A DNA stretch of 41,695 bases from Candidatus Wunengus sp. YC64 (GTDB taxonomy: Bacteria > Planctomycetota > Brocadiia > Brocadiales > Brocadiaceae): the NCBI GenBank assembly GCA_052360825.1, contig DBJWYX010000001.1:1-41695 (forward strand), in the 5' to 3' direction. A program made the position numbers and the translations under genes. Under the pieces are notes generated by a model, which saw nothing but the letters and a program-made list of their open reading frames with translations, was not told the DNA's origin and searched no databases. Positions 27,822-36,097 of the stretch are shown here, piece after piece; the stretch's first letter is position 1; each line of letters opens with the position of its first letter.

Positions 27822-28679
27822 CTAGCACTTATGCACAGACACCTTTCTTTCGACATGGCAAATATTTGACTTTAACCAGCCATAATAACGTAATAAAACG
27901 ATAATGAGCAGGAATGGCAAGCAACCTATTTCTGTGAACTTAATCCGTGATAAGGGGACATAAAAATCATGAAGTAAAGGATGCAGAAAAGATTTCAATT
28001 TTCTCAATATCCCCCAATTATTTCTCTGTGTGCAATAAAATAAATAATCTCCCCTTCCATAACGCGTCCATCTTTCTATGACTGATGAAAAGATATCAAA
28101 GCCAATTTCAAAACACCGAGTGTTGGAGATGGCAAAAAGCAGACCATCTCGCGACATTCTATTACACAATTCTGTGTCGTCGCTGTTTTTCATGAAGGGG
28201 TTGTATTTATATTTTTTTAAAATATCTGTTTTAAATAATGTTGGAGTACCTACCACATTTTTGTAGCCGGGGGTATATTTTCTGATACGGTAAATATTTT
28301 GAGCCCATCCCCAATAGCTGCCAGTATCACGGAGGATTGTTACTGCTGATACAATGGCACAGTTGTGTAGTTCTAAATAATTAATCATCTCTTTCAAAGA
28401 ACCTTTGGGCATAATATTATCAGGTCCGACAAAACAAATATATTTTGTATTAGACCGTTCAATGCCTATGTTTCTTGCATTGGCTAAACCTTTCGCCTGA
28501 TCATCTACTATTTCATCAACATAATCCTGTGCTATTATAGTGGTTTTATCTGTTGAACCGCCATCGACTAAAATAGTGCGTGCAGGGTTATTCTCCTTAA
28601 TAGAATCAAGGCAGTCCTTTATCGTGTTTTCTACGTTATAGCTACAAACTACAATGGTTAAATCAAGCTTGCTTATCAT
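27822..28679 (-). CDS. GT2 family glycosyltransferase (285 aa) with one C-terminal hydrophobic segment
   Basis: LTIVVCSYNVENTI...ILVDGGSTDKT...VGPDN, and the C-terminal segment IGCLPFLLIIVLLRYYGWL. Confidence 0.8.
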   Translation of the reverse strand: MISKLDLTIVVCSYNVENTIKDCLDSIKENNPARTILVDGGSTDKTTIIAQDYVDEIVDDQAKGLANARNIGIERSNTKYICFVGPDNIMPKGSLKEMINYLELHNCAIVSAVTILRDTGSYWGWAQNIYRIRKYTPGYKNVVGTPTLFKTDILKKYKYNPFMKNSDDTELCNRMSRDGLLFAISNTRCFEIGFDIFSSVIERWTRYGRGDYLFYCTQRNNWGILRKLKSFLHPLLHDFYVPLSRIKFTEIGCLPFLLIIVLLRYYGWLKSNICHVERKVSVHKC

Positions 28680-28721
28680 ATTGTTTATTAAGGTTTCTTG
28701 GGATAAAAATGATTTAAAAAA

Positions 28722-30068
28722 CTACCAGTACAAACCGTAATAGTTTGAATTGTGCTTATGGTTATTTCCAATTCGAACCAAGTCTAAAACAATTTTATCG
28801 GGACTCAATTGTTCCAGCCATTCATCAAGCCCTGGATATTTATTGAAAATTACAAACAATTCACAGCGCTCAGTAAAATCACGCAAGTCGCTAAACAACA
28901 TTTCTCCTATATTGGGAAGTTCTGCATATAAAAACTCTAAATTCGCTCCAATGAGCTTATCAGGGTAAAGATTTGGATCATAAACTGAAACTCCATATTT
29001 TCCACTATAGAGCATTTTGGCAATTTCAACCGCGGGACTATTTCTCAAGTCATCTGTGTCTGGCTTAAATGTTAAACCAAAGAACCCTATTTTTCTTTTG
29101 CCGAAGGATCTTATCCATGTAGCGATGTATTTAATTTGATTAAAATTGCTATTCTCAATTGAGTTTATAAGCGTTGTGGGAAAATCAAAATCTTTGGTTT
29201 TAAAACAAAATGCCCTGACGTCTTTCGGCAGGCATGAACCTCCATAAGGTTTTCCTGGCGTAAGATAAGCCCTGCTTAGGTTAAGTTTGTCATCTTTACA
29301 AAAGAGATTCATTACCTCATGCGAGTCTATACCCAGACTCCTGCAGGCAAGCCCGATTTCATTTGCAAAGGTAATTTTTAAGGCATGAAAGATGTTGTCG
29401 GCATATTTGGCCATTTGAGCAGATGAAATGTTTGTTACGATTTTTTCACCATCCACACAGTCATACAAGTGAAGAAGTGTCTGCCCAAGTGTTTCATCTC
29501 CTTCGTATACGCCGATTACTGTTTTGGCCGGATGATAAAAATCATAAATTGCAGAGCCCTCTCGTAAAAATTCAGGGTTATAGGCAATATGGACTTTATC
29601 AGGAGAAAGATTTTTTTTATAGTACAGTAGGGGGTAGAGTACTTTATCCATTATCCCAGGAGGCATAGTACTGCGGTAGACAAGGATGTGTTCTTTCCCT
29701 AGTGTTGATAAAATATCAGCAATTTCTTGGGTAACTCGGGTAATATATGTCATGTCAATGTCACCATCATTATGGCTCGGCGTTCCTACACAGATCATTG
29801 ACAATTCGGTTTGCTCAAGAGCATCTTTCAGATTTAAAGTAGCAGTTAGGCGTCTTTTCTTAACGCCAGCAAGAATTAAATCATCTAATTCTGGCTCTGT
29901 TACAGGGGAGTGCCCTGATTTTATACAGGATACTTTGTATTCTTGTATATCAACACCGATGACTTCATGCCCTTCCTGAGAAAAGCAGCCGCAACTCGTG
30001 CTTCCGACATAGCCCAAACCAATAATACTGATCTTCAATAAACCTCTCCTCGGAGAAAAAGTATTCAT
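28722..30068 (-). CDS. Nucleotide-sugar 6-dehydrogenase (UDP-glucose/GDP-mannose dehydrogenase family; N-terminus resembles AlgD-type GDP-mannose 6-dehydrogenase)
   Basis: KISIIGLGYVGSTSCGCFSQEGHEVIGVDI Rossmann fold and the catalytic Cys motif GGSCLPKD. The C-terminal nucleotide-sugar-binding domain reads FGLTFKPDTDDLRNSP. Confidence 0.8.
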   Translation of the reverse strand: MNTFSPRRGLLKISIIGLGYVGSTSCGCFSQEGHEVIGVDIQEYKVSCIKSGHSPVTEPELDDLILAGVKKRRLTATLNLKDALEQTELSMICVGTPSHNDGDIDMTYITRVTQEIADILSTLGKEHILVYRSTMPPGIMDKVLYPLLYYKKNLSPDKVHIAYNPEFLREGSAIYDFYHPAKTVIGVYEGDETLGQTLLHLYDCVDGEKIVTNISSAQMAKYADNIFHALKITFANEIGLACRSLGIDSHEVMNLFCKDDKLNLSRAYLTPGKPYGGSCLPKDVRAFCFKTKDFDFPTTLINSIENSNFNQIKYIATWIRSFGKRKIGFFGLTFKPDTDDLRNSPAVEIAKMLYSGKYGVSVYDPNLYPDKLIGANLEFLYAELPNIGEMLFSDLRDFTERCELFVIFNKYPGLDEWLEQLSPDKIVLDLVRIGNNHKHNSNYYGLYW

Positions 30069-30071
30069 TCC

Positions 30072-31361
30072 TCAATGTTTCCGGAAAACAGATTCGACAA
30101 TCTTTCCTTTAAGAAGTGATTTCAGCTCTTTTGATTCATCGTTATTCTTTATCAAAGAAAAAATCTGATCGTAAGCGTTTAGTGTTTGATTAATTTCATT
30201 CTCGGTGTGGGAAACACTTATGATATGATACCCAGCGTATAAGATTCCTCGTTTTATCATCTCTTGCTGAACAATACTTTTAAGAAGTAAGTCATCATTA
30301 CCGTGTTTATCCGTAAAAAACATAAACGTCTTAGGAGGATACCCTTTCAAATGTATTCGGCGTTCAAGATCATATTTATTTAATAAGATACTTACCCCGT
30401 CTATGAGTATATTGCCCATTTTCCATATATGAGATATCGCATTAGTTGTCGCTAATTCCTTTATTACCGTTAATCCTGCGGTAATACCAACCAAGTCTCC
30501 CCCAAAAGTGAAAGAATAAAAGATTTCATCAAATATTTTCATAATGTCACTATTGCCTACAATAACTGAAATTGGGAATCCGTTACCCAATGCTTTGCCA
30601 AAACAAGCAAGATCAGGGGTAATGCCAAAGAATTCTTGCGCACCACCGATGGCCCATCGGAAACCAGTCCAGCATTCGTCGTAAATAACCAGTGCACCGT
30701 TGTTGTGGGCTATTTTATTGATTCTTTCTAAAAAATTATCTTTCGGGGGTTCCAAACCAACAGGTTCGAGAATAACACATGCAATTTGGTCGGGATGGAG
30801 AGAGAATAGTCTTTCAAGCGAAGCAGGATTATTGTATTCAAAGGTAACCGTTAATTCTTTAATGGCTTTTGGCACGCCGAGGTTACGCGTGGTAGTACCA
30901 ATATACCAATCCTGCCACCCATGATAGCCACAGCAGGCAATCATATTCCTTCCGGTATATGCTCTTGCAGTACGAACTGCCCCTGATGTTGCATCAGATC
31001 CATTTTTACCAAATCTCACCATCTCGGCACAGGGAATGGTTTCACATAATTTCTCAGCCAGTTCAATTTCCTTGTGATGCGGTAATGAGAAGGCGACTCC
31101 TTTGTCTATCTGAGATTTAACTGCCTCGTTAACCTTTGGATTATTGTGCCCCAGGATAATTGGACCTAAGGCCATGGGCCAATCTATAAATTTGTTTCCA
31201 TCTACGTCCCATACAAAGCAGCCATCAGCTCTATCTAAAAATATTGGTGATACACCGAATGGGTATTGTGTCCATCCCTTGCTAAACGTCTGTGTGCCGG
31301 AGGGTATATACTTTATAGCATTATCAAACATACCCAGGGATTGGCTGAAAGTTAGAGGCAT
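30072..31361 (-). CDS. Class III PLP-dependent aminotransferase (glutamate-1-semialdehyde aminomutase-like)
   Basis: FVWDVDGNKFIDW...GPIILGHNNP, VRFGKNGSDAT, IYDECWTGFRW, and the PLP-lysine context CFGKALGNGFPIS. Confidence 0.85.
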   Translation of the reverse strand: MPLTFSQSLGMFDNAIKYIPSGTQTFSKGWTQYPFGVSPIFLDRADGCFVWDVDGNKFIDWPMALGPIILGHNNPKVNEAVKSQIDKGVAFSLPHHKEIELAEKLCETIPCAEMVRFGKNGSDATSGAVRTARAYTGRNMIACCGYHGWQDWYIGTTTRNLGVPKAIKELTVTFEYNNPASLERLFSLHPDQIACVILEPVGLEPPKDNFLERINKIAHNNGALVIYDECWTGFRWAIGGAQEFFGITPDLACFGKALGNGFPISVIVGNSDIMKIFDEIFYSFTFGGDLVGITAGLTVIKELATTNAISHIWKMGNILIDGVSILLNKYDLERRIHLKGYPPKTFMFFTDKHGNDDLLLKSIVQQEMIKRGILYAGYHIISVSHTENEINQTLNAYDQIFSLIKNNDESKELKSLLKGKIVESVFRKH

Positions 31362-32206
31362 ACCATATCCTTTGTTAAAGATTTCTTATAACCCTCATCG
31401 CGCAGGATATGTTTATTAATTACCCTAATTTCAGGATATTTATTAAGTGTCTGGAGGATGTCTCGCCATGAAGCATCTACAAGTGAAATTGACAAGGATT
31501 TTGACAATTCTTGTAAGAATATAAAATCGTCAGGTTCATCGATGGTCCAACGTTCATCTCTAAGGTTTTCAGGACATGAGTAATTAATAGCTTGAAACAT
31601 ATATTCTGATGTTTCATTTATTGGTATGCATACATCTGGAAAGATTTCTTCAGTTTCGTAATTGAGGGATTTATAAAGGTTCTTGCCGTGTAATTGGGTG
31701 CGTTTGAGAATCCAAGGAACAACGTGCTCTCTTTCTGAAGCAAGTTTTGCATTCTTCCATGCCAATTCTAAAGCATTAAAAGAGAATACGCATACATCGA
31801 GACCATCAGGAAAAGCAGTGGCAACTGCGAGATCTACATTCGACTGATGGTAGCTCTTGATTACGTTATCTATGATATCTGGATCTACCAAAGGGCAATC
31901 TCCCGTTAATCTCACAATGTGATTGACCCCATATGACAAGGATGCTTGATAGTATCGGTCTAAAACATCTTTTTCTGATCCTCTGAAACAGGGAATTTCG
32001 TGTTGTTGGGCAACATACTCAATGGCGCCGTTTGCGGGTTCTGTTGATGTCACAACAACGATACCATCTAATTCTTTTGAACGTTTTAACCTTTCCAGCA
32101 TAACTCCTATAACAGGTTTCCCTTGTAAAGACATAAGGACCTTTCCTGGTAATCGTGATGAGTGTACTCTGGCCTGCAATAAAGCAACAGTATTATGCAT
32201 TTTCAT
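31352..32206 (-). CDS. SpsF-type cytidylyltransferase (CMP-ulosonic acid synthetase family candidate)
   Basis: ALLQARVHSSRLPGKVL...GKPVI...VVVTS...GSEKDVLDRYY...RLTGDCPLVDP, as in the CTP_transf_3/SpsF family. It overlaps the downstream aminotransferase gene by 10 nt. Confidence 0.75.
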   Translation of the reverse strand: MKMHNTVALLQARVHSSRLPGKVLMSLQGKPVIGVMLERLKRSKELDGIVVVTSTEPANGAIEYVAQQHEIPCFRGSEKDVLDRYYQASLSYGVNHIVRLTGDCPLVDPDIIDNVIKSYHQSNVDLAVATAFPDGLDVCVFSFNALELAWKNAKLASEREHVVPWILKRTQLHGKNLYKSLNYETEEIFPDVCIPINETSEYMFQAINYSCPENLRDERWTIDEPDDFIFLQELSKSLSISLVDASWRDILQTLNKYPEIRVINKHILRDEGYKKSLTKDMVCL

Positions 32207-32371
32207 ATAATTCCCTTATGGTGAGAACCCTATGTAGTTCCTTTAAAAAAGTTTTCTTGAGATGTTCCGTATAATCGGGAAAATCTCCTGAAAAAGTGTC
32301 AAACATTAAAAGTATTTAAATTACTGTAAATTCTATTTGCAGAAATTTATATAGTAAAATATCGGTAAAAA

Positions 32372-33052
32372 TCATTTTGTAAATTCTGATGAATAATAAG
32401 TGTGTTCTACCACACAATTATTCTTTTGAGCTACTGCGCATAAATATTCTCTGTTTTTTTCTTCATCAATAGTAAGATTTTGCTTATGAAGTCTGTATCT
32501 GTAAAGTGGCAAGTTTATACGTTCTATTTTATAGTGTTTTTCGAAACGTATTCGAAAATCAACATCCTCTCCAATATGAAGTTCAGTATCATATAAACCT
32601 ATATTTATCATCAGACCTTTTTTAAACATGATCCCGCAAGCAATGGGCCGTTCATGGACACTCATTTTATTGAGAATCGTTTCCTTGTCATCGACGAGAA
32701 AATAGTCAGTTGCCACGGCATCAGAATGATTAAATTGCATGTATAGATAGCAAAATTTCAGAAAATCAGGATGCAAATAATCATCCGCATCAAGATTGAC
32801 GATGTAATCACCTTTTGCATTCATAATGCCTTGATTACGAGAATAAGGTAAGCCTTTGTTATCAGCATGATCTATTACACGAATCCAATGACCGTAGGAC
32901 TCTAAAATATATTTTGTGGAATCCTTACTGCTGTCGTTGACAACGATAATTTCAAAATCTGTTTTGGAAAGAGATTGCTCTATGCAGCTTCTGATTGCCC
33001 TTGCAATGTATTTATCATAATTGAATGTCGGAATAATTATGCTTATTTTCAT
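32372..33052 (-). CDS. GT2 family glycosyltransferase (226 aa)
   Basis: ISIIIPTFNYDKYI...IIVVNDSSKDST...LDADD. Confidence 0.85.
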   Translation of the reverse strand: MKISIIIPTFNYDKYIARAIRSCIEQSLSKTDFEIIVVNDSSKDSTKYILESYGHWIRVIDHADNKGLPYSRNQGIMNAKGDYIVNLDADDYLHPDFLKFCYLYMQFNHSDAVATDYFLVDDKETILNKMSVHERPIACGIMFKKGLMINIGLYDTELHIGEDVDFRIRFEKHYKIERINLPLYRYRLHKQNLTIDEEKNREYLCAVAQKNNCVVEHTYYSSEFTK

Positions 33053-33055
33053 GGT

Positions 33056-34120
33056 TTATTCCAGATAATCCCAGAGTATCTGCTGATCTCTTTGTATTGT
33101 TGTTTTCAATTTTCGCCCTAAGGTTTTATGGAAGAGTGAAGGAGAAATACCTCCGCCTGGACGTTTTGGAATGAGCATATCCTTTGTGAGAACAGTTCCC
33201 TGAGGAATGACTTCATTTGCTACTAAACTCCGTCGAGCATTCTTCCGTGCAGGCATTTCTGAATCAACAATTTCAGCAGTTATGGCAGTAGTCTCCTCGG
33301 CTAATTTAATATGCTTTATCATCCGGCGTAGCAAGGTAGTGTCAGCGGAATGATAATGATCATCTTCAGGAAGAGTACGATCTAAGGTAAAATGCTTTTC
33401 TACAATTTTGGCACCCAAAGCCACCGCAATTGCAGGAATGATTATGTCTTCGTCGGGAACGGTATGGTCTGAATAACCAATAGTAATTTCAGGAAACAAC
33501 TTTTTTAGTTCTGCTATTCTATATAAATTTGCTTCACCATTAGGGGTTGGATATGAAAGGGTACAATGCATTAGAGCCAATTCTTTTACGCTTTTTGATA
33601 TTAAGAAATCAACGGCATTGCTGACTTCTTTGAAGTAGGAGGCGCCAGTTGAAAGGATTATTGGTTTTTGCGTTTGAGCAATTTCCTCAAGTAATGGATA
33701 GTTGTCTAAGTCACCTGATGCAACCTTCATGAAAGGGATATCCAGATCGTTCAGCCACCTCACGGATTGATGATCAAATGGGGTTGAACAAAAGTTAATT
33801 TCCTTTTTCTTTGCATATTCATTTAACACTTGATAATCTTCAAAATTAAATTTATCCCTTTTTTGAAAACAATCAGCTTGTGTTTTATATTTTTTGCTGT
33901 TATTTTGTTTCCAGTAGGTAGGGGCCCAATGCGTTACCAGGGTATCTGCTTTATAGGTTTGAAATTTAATAGTATCTGCCCCGGCTTCGGCAGCAGCATT
34001 TATAAGTTCTTTTGCTTTCCTTAAATCACAATCATGATGTACACCAGCTTCTGCAATAATAAAGGTATTGCAGGTTTTGTTTTTCTTGTGTTGAGATAAA
34101 AAATTTCTATTTTGCTCCAT
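33056..34120 (-). CDS. NeuB-family ulosonic acid synthase (sialic/pseudaminic/legionaminic acid synthase type) with C-terminal SAF domain
   Basis: FIIAEAGVHHDCDLRKAKELINAAAEAGADTIKFQTY, GYSDHT, and the SAF-like tail RRSLVANEVIPQGTVLTKDMLIPKRPGGGI. The exact substrate cannot be told from sequence. Confidence 0.88.
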   Translation of the reverse strand: MEQNRNFLSQHKKNKTCNTFIIAEAGVHHDCDLRKAKELINAAAEAGADTIKFQTYKADTLVTHWAPTYWKQNNSKKYKTQADCFQKRDKFNFEDYQVLNEYAKKKEINFCSTPFDHQSVRWLNDLDIPFMKVASGDLDNYPLLEEIAQTQKPIILSTGASYFKEVSNAVDFLISKSVKELALMHCTLSYPTPNGEANLYRIAELKKLFPEITIGYSDHTVPDEDIIIPAIAVALGAKIVEKHFTLDRTLPEDDHYHSADTTLLRRMIKHIKLAEETTAITAEIVDSEMPARKNARRSLVANEVIPQGTVLTKDMLIPKRPGGGISPSLFHKTLGRKLKTTIQRDQQILWDYLE

Positions 34121-34155
34121 TCTTTCTATCCTCTATGAGTAACAAGAAAAATACT

Positions 34156-35160
34156 CTAGATAAATTCAAGTCTCGTTTCTAAATATTCCTTCATATCTCC
34201 AACACTCACCCAGACAACACACTTATTACATACAGGGACATAATCCCATTGTGAGTTTAAATGTGCTTGGCGTATTTTGCGAATAGGCAGGTCCTGCCAA
34301 ATATTACGGAGACATTTTTTGTGAATATTGCCGACCACGCCTGAATAATTCCAGTCGACATTGCAGATAGAAACATCTCCATTGCTGTTTACTGCAAGTG
34401 CATACCACAGCAGCGCACATGGGTAACGGTATGGTGATGTTTCATCTGTTACCGTCAAATTATTTATAGCTCCATTCCAGTTATGAATTCCGGTTACTTG
34501 AACCTGATCTGCGATGCCTTCCCATGTATTGTGAAATGCTTCAATTTCATCATCGCTTATTTGATTAAATTCCATTATCTTTACTCGTATCGTGGTTATG
34601 GCGCCAATTTTGTCTCTATATTCAATGAAAGATTTAATGTTGTCGTTTAAGACATTAAAACCTCGACGTTGCTTCAATTTTTGATATGTTTCAGCAAATG
34701 CGGCATCAATACTGATGGTTATGTCATCAATTCCTGATTCTAATAGCTGTTTTCCTCTTGGTGTGTTTAATAATGTTCCATTGGTATTTAAATGAATGAC
34801 TTTTGCTATGTTTTTCTCCTTGGCATAAGCAACCATCTCTGGCAGTTCTTTGTTTAATAAGGGCTCACCATCTTTGTGTAGATTCAGCATGATAAGCCGA
34901 TTGTCTTCATTTATTTCATCGATTATTTTTTTAAACGTTTTCATCGAAAGATAATTCGTTCCCTGTTGTTGAACAGTTTTCTCTCTTGGACAAAAAATGC
35001 AACTTAAATTGCAGGCATTTGTTGGTTCAATGTTCAAAACTAATGGGAAATTGGTGGTAATGTGCTTCTTAATGATTTCTGGTTTAAGACATGTTAGACT
35101 TCCGTCAACATAGTCTTCATGGATAGGCTTATGGTATTGTATGGATTGACCTCTTCCCAT
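34156..35160 (-). CDS. Radical SAM enzyme with SPASM/twitch-like C-terminal Cys cluster (334 aa)
   Basis: CX3CX2C at PTNACNLSCIFCPRE. The C-terminal Cys-rich region reads YPCALLW...GDVSICNVDW...KKCLRNIW...VPVCNKCVVW. It is the first gene to the left of the IS relic. Confidence 0.85.
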   Translation of the reverse strand: MGRGQSIQYHKPIHEDYVDGSLTCLKPEIIKKHITTNFPLVLNIEPTNACNLSCIFCPREKTVQQQGTNYLSMKTFKKIIDEINEDNRLIMLNLHKDGEPLLNKELPEMVAYAKEKNIAKVIHLNTNGTLLNTPRGKQLLESGIDDITISIDAAFAETYQKLKQRRGFNVLNDNIKSFIEYRDKIGAITTIRVKIMEFNQISDDEIEAFHNTWEGIADQVQVTGIHNWNGAINNLTVTDETSPYRYPCALLWYALAVNSNGDVSICNVDWNYSGVVGNIHKKCLRNIWQDLPIRKIRQAHLNSQWDYVPVCNKCVVWVSVGDMKEYLETRLEFI

Positions 35161-35254
35161 TAGATCTCTTAATACCTAAAAAATATTAAAATACTGACTA
35201 AACGTAACACATATCAATATTTTTTAAATTTTTATTAAAAACGGGAAAACAATG

Positions 35255-35270
35255 CGCAAATATCTAGCCA
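35255..35270 (-). promoter_or_regulatory. Candidate sigma-54 (-24/-12) promoter upstream of the island's first gene
   Basis: The minus strand reads TGGCTAgatatTTGCg. The GG and GC dinucleotides have the exact consensus spacing (TGGCAC-N5-TTGCW) and TTGC is exact; the -24 hexamer deviates at 2 positions. It lies about 95 nt upstream of the ATG at 35160. Confidence 0.35.
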
Positions 35271-35528
35271 AAGTATGTGATAAGGAGGCCGTAAAGTAGA
35301 AAAGCAAAGAAAAACTTCCAATTGCAGGTTTTATGTACTTAAGTAAGAAAAAACACAGGATAATTACGGTTAGTTATGATGTGTAATGTTTAAAATTTAA
35401 ACGGTTATAAGTTATTAGGTAGAAATTAACAACGATAAACATTTTGCTCAAGTATTGCTTTATAGAGCAAGATATCTCCACAATAATGACAAATTTTGTG
35501 GAGAACTTGATCAGGCAGTCCGTCAAGG

Positions 35529-36097
35529 ATGAGCTATGCATGTAAGCGTGAACTTGAATTAGCACTTGAGAAACCACAAAAAGATTCTGGCATTAATTGT
35601 GCGCGTTGGGACGGTATTGTAGTTGGAGAGTATTTAAAACGAGTTCTTGGTATGGCGATTCTGGTATGATGCGCTCAACAGTTGCTGCATAAATTGGGGT
35701 ATAACCCTCAAGGAACCATTGTATCGTTTTGTTCAGGCATTGAAGAGAGGCGTAAAAGGATTCTACGTCTCATTTAAAAAACTTCACATGATCCAAGAAG
35801 GAGTTGAAAATCGAATGATTCTTTTTGCTGATGATGCAAGTTTTTTCCTGCATCTAATGCTTGAAAGAATGTGGTCTAAAAAAGGGAAACAACAATCCTT
35901 ATATGCCCAACCAGCATCAGAAGCGTTTGAATGTTACTGGTTGGGTTGATCCGATACATGGCTTGCATGGAATGATGAAGTGCATATGGGCAATACAAAA
36001 AGCTTTCTTGCATTCCTTAAGAATATTACACAAACGATGGCATCAAAAAAAGATAGTGTCGCTTGTAATCGTATATAAGCGTATACTATGTAATTAA
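35529..36097 (+). pseudogene. IS630/Tc1-mariner-family transposase relic, frameshifted and 3'-truncated
   Basis: Three consecutive plus-strand frames carry collinear IS630-like blocks. The first is ...CARWDGIVVGEYLKRVLG (35529..), then (W)YDALNSCCINWGITLKEP, then ILFADDASFFLHLMLERMWSKKGKQQSL (first acidic residue region). The next frame gives QKRLNVTGWVDPIHGLHG...AFLHSLRILHKRWHQKKIVSLV. The second and third catalytic acidic regions are missing where the TPR gene's 3' end begins. More degraded N-terminal remains may extend left to about 35230. Confidence 0.55.

Noticed and set aside
32207-32371. Possible sigma-70 internal promoter, with TTGACA on the minus strand in the 165-bp gap upstream of the cytidylyltransferase gene.
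   Set aside because: The nearest -10-like hexamer (GATTAT/TATAC) is about 20 nt away, outside the 16-18 nt window. One hexamer alone in AT-rich DNA is not evidence.
15198-35160. Alternative reading of the radical SAM/SPASM + class B radical SAM + methyltransferase set as a RiPP (proteusin/polytheonamide-like) or lipid (ladderane-type) biosynthetic cluster.
   Set aside because: I found no short precursor-peptide ORF, leader peptidase or exporter, and no ACP or fatty-acid synthase genes. The enzymes are interleaved with about a dozen glycosyltransferase domains and nucleotide-sugar genes. Direct radical modification of a protein substrate remains possible and is noted in the findings.
35374-35577. 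A 67-aa minus-strand ORF in the spacer between the island and the TPR gene.
   Set aside because: It has no motif and no convincing ribosome-binding site, and its right-hand end overlaps the start of the degraded IS630 relic. It is probably spurious.
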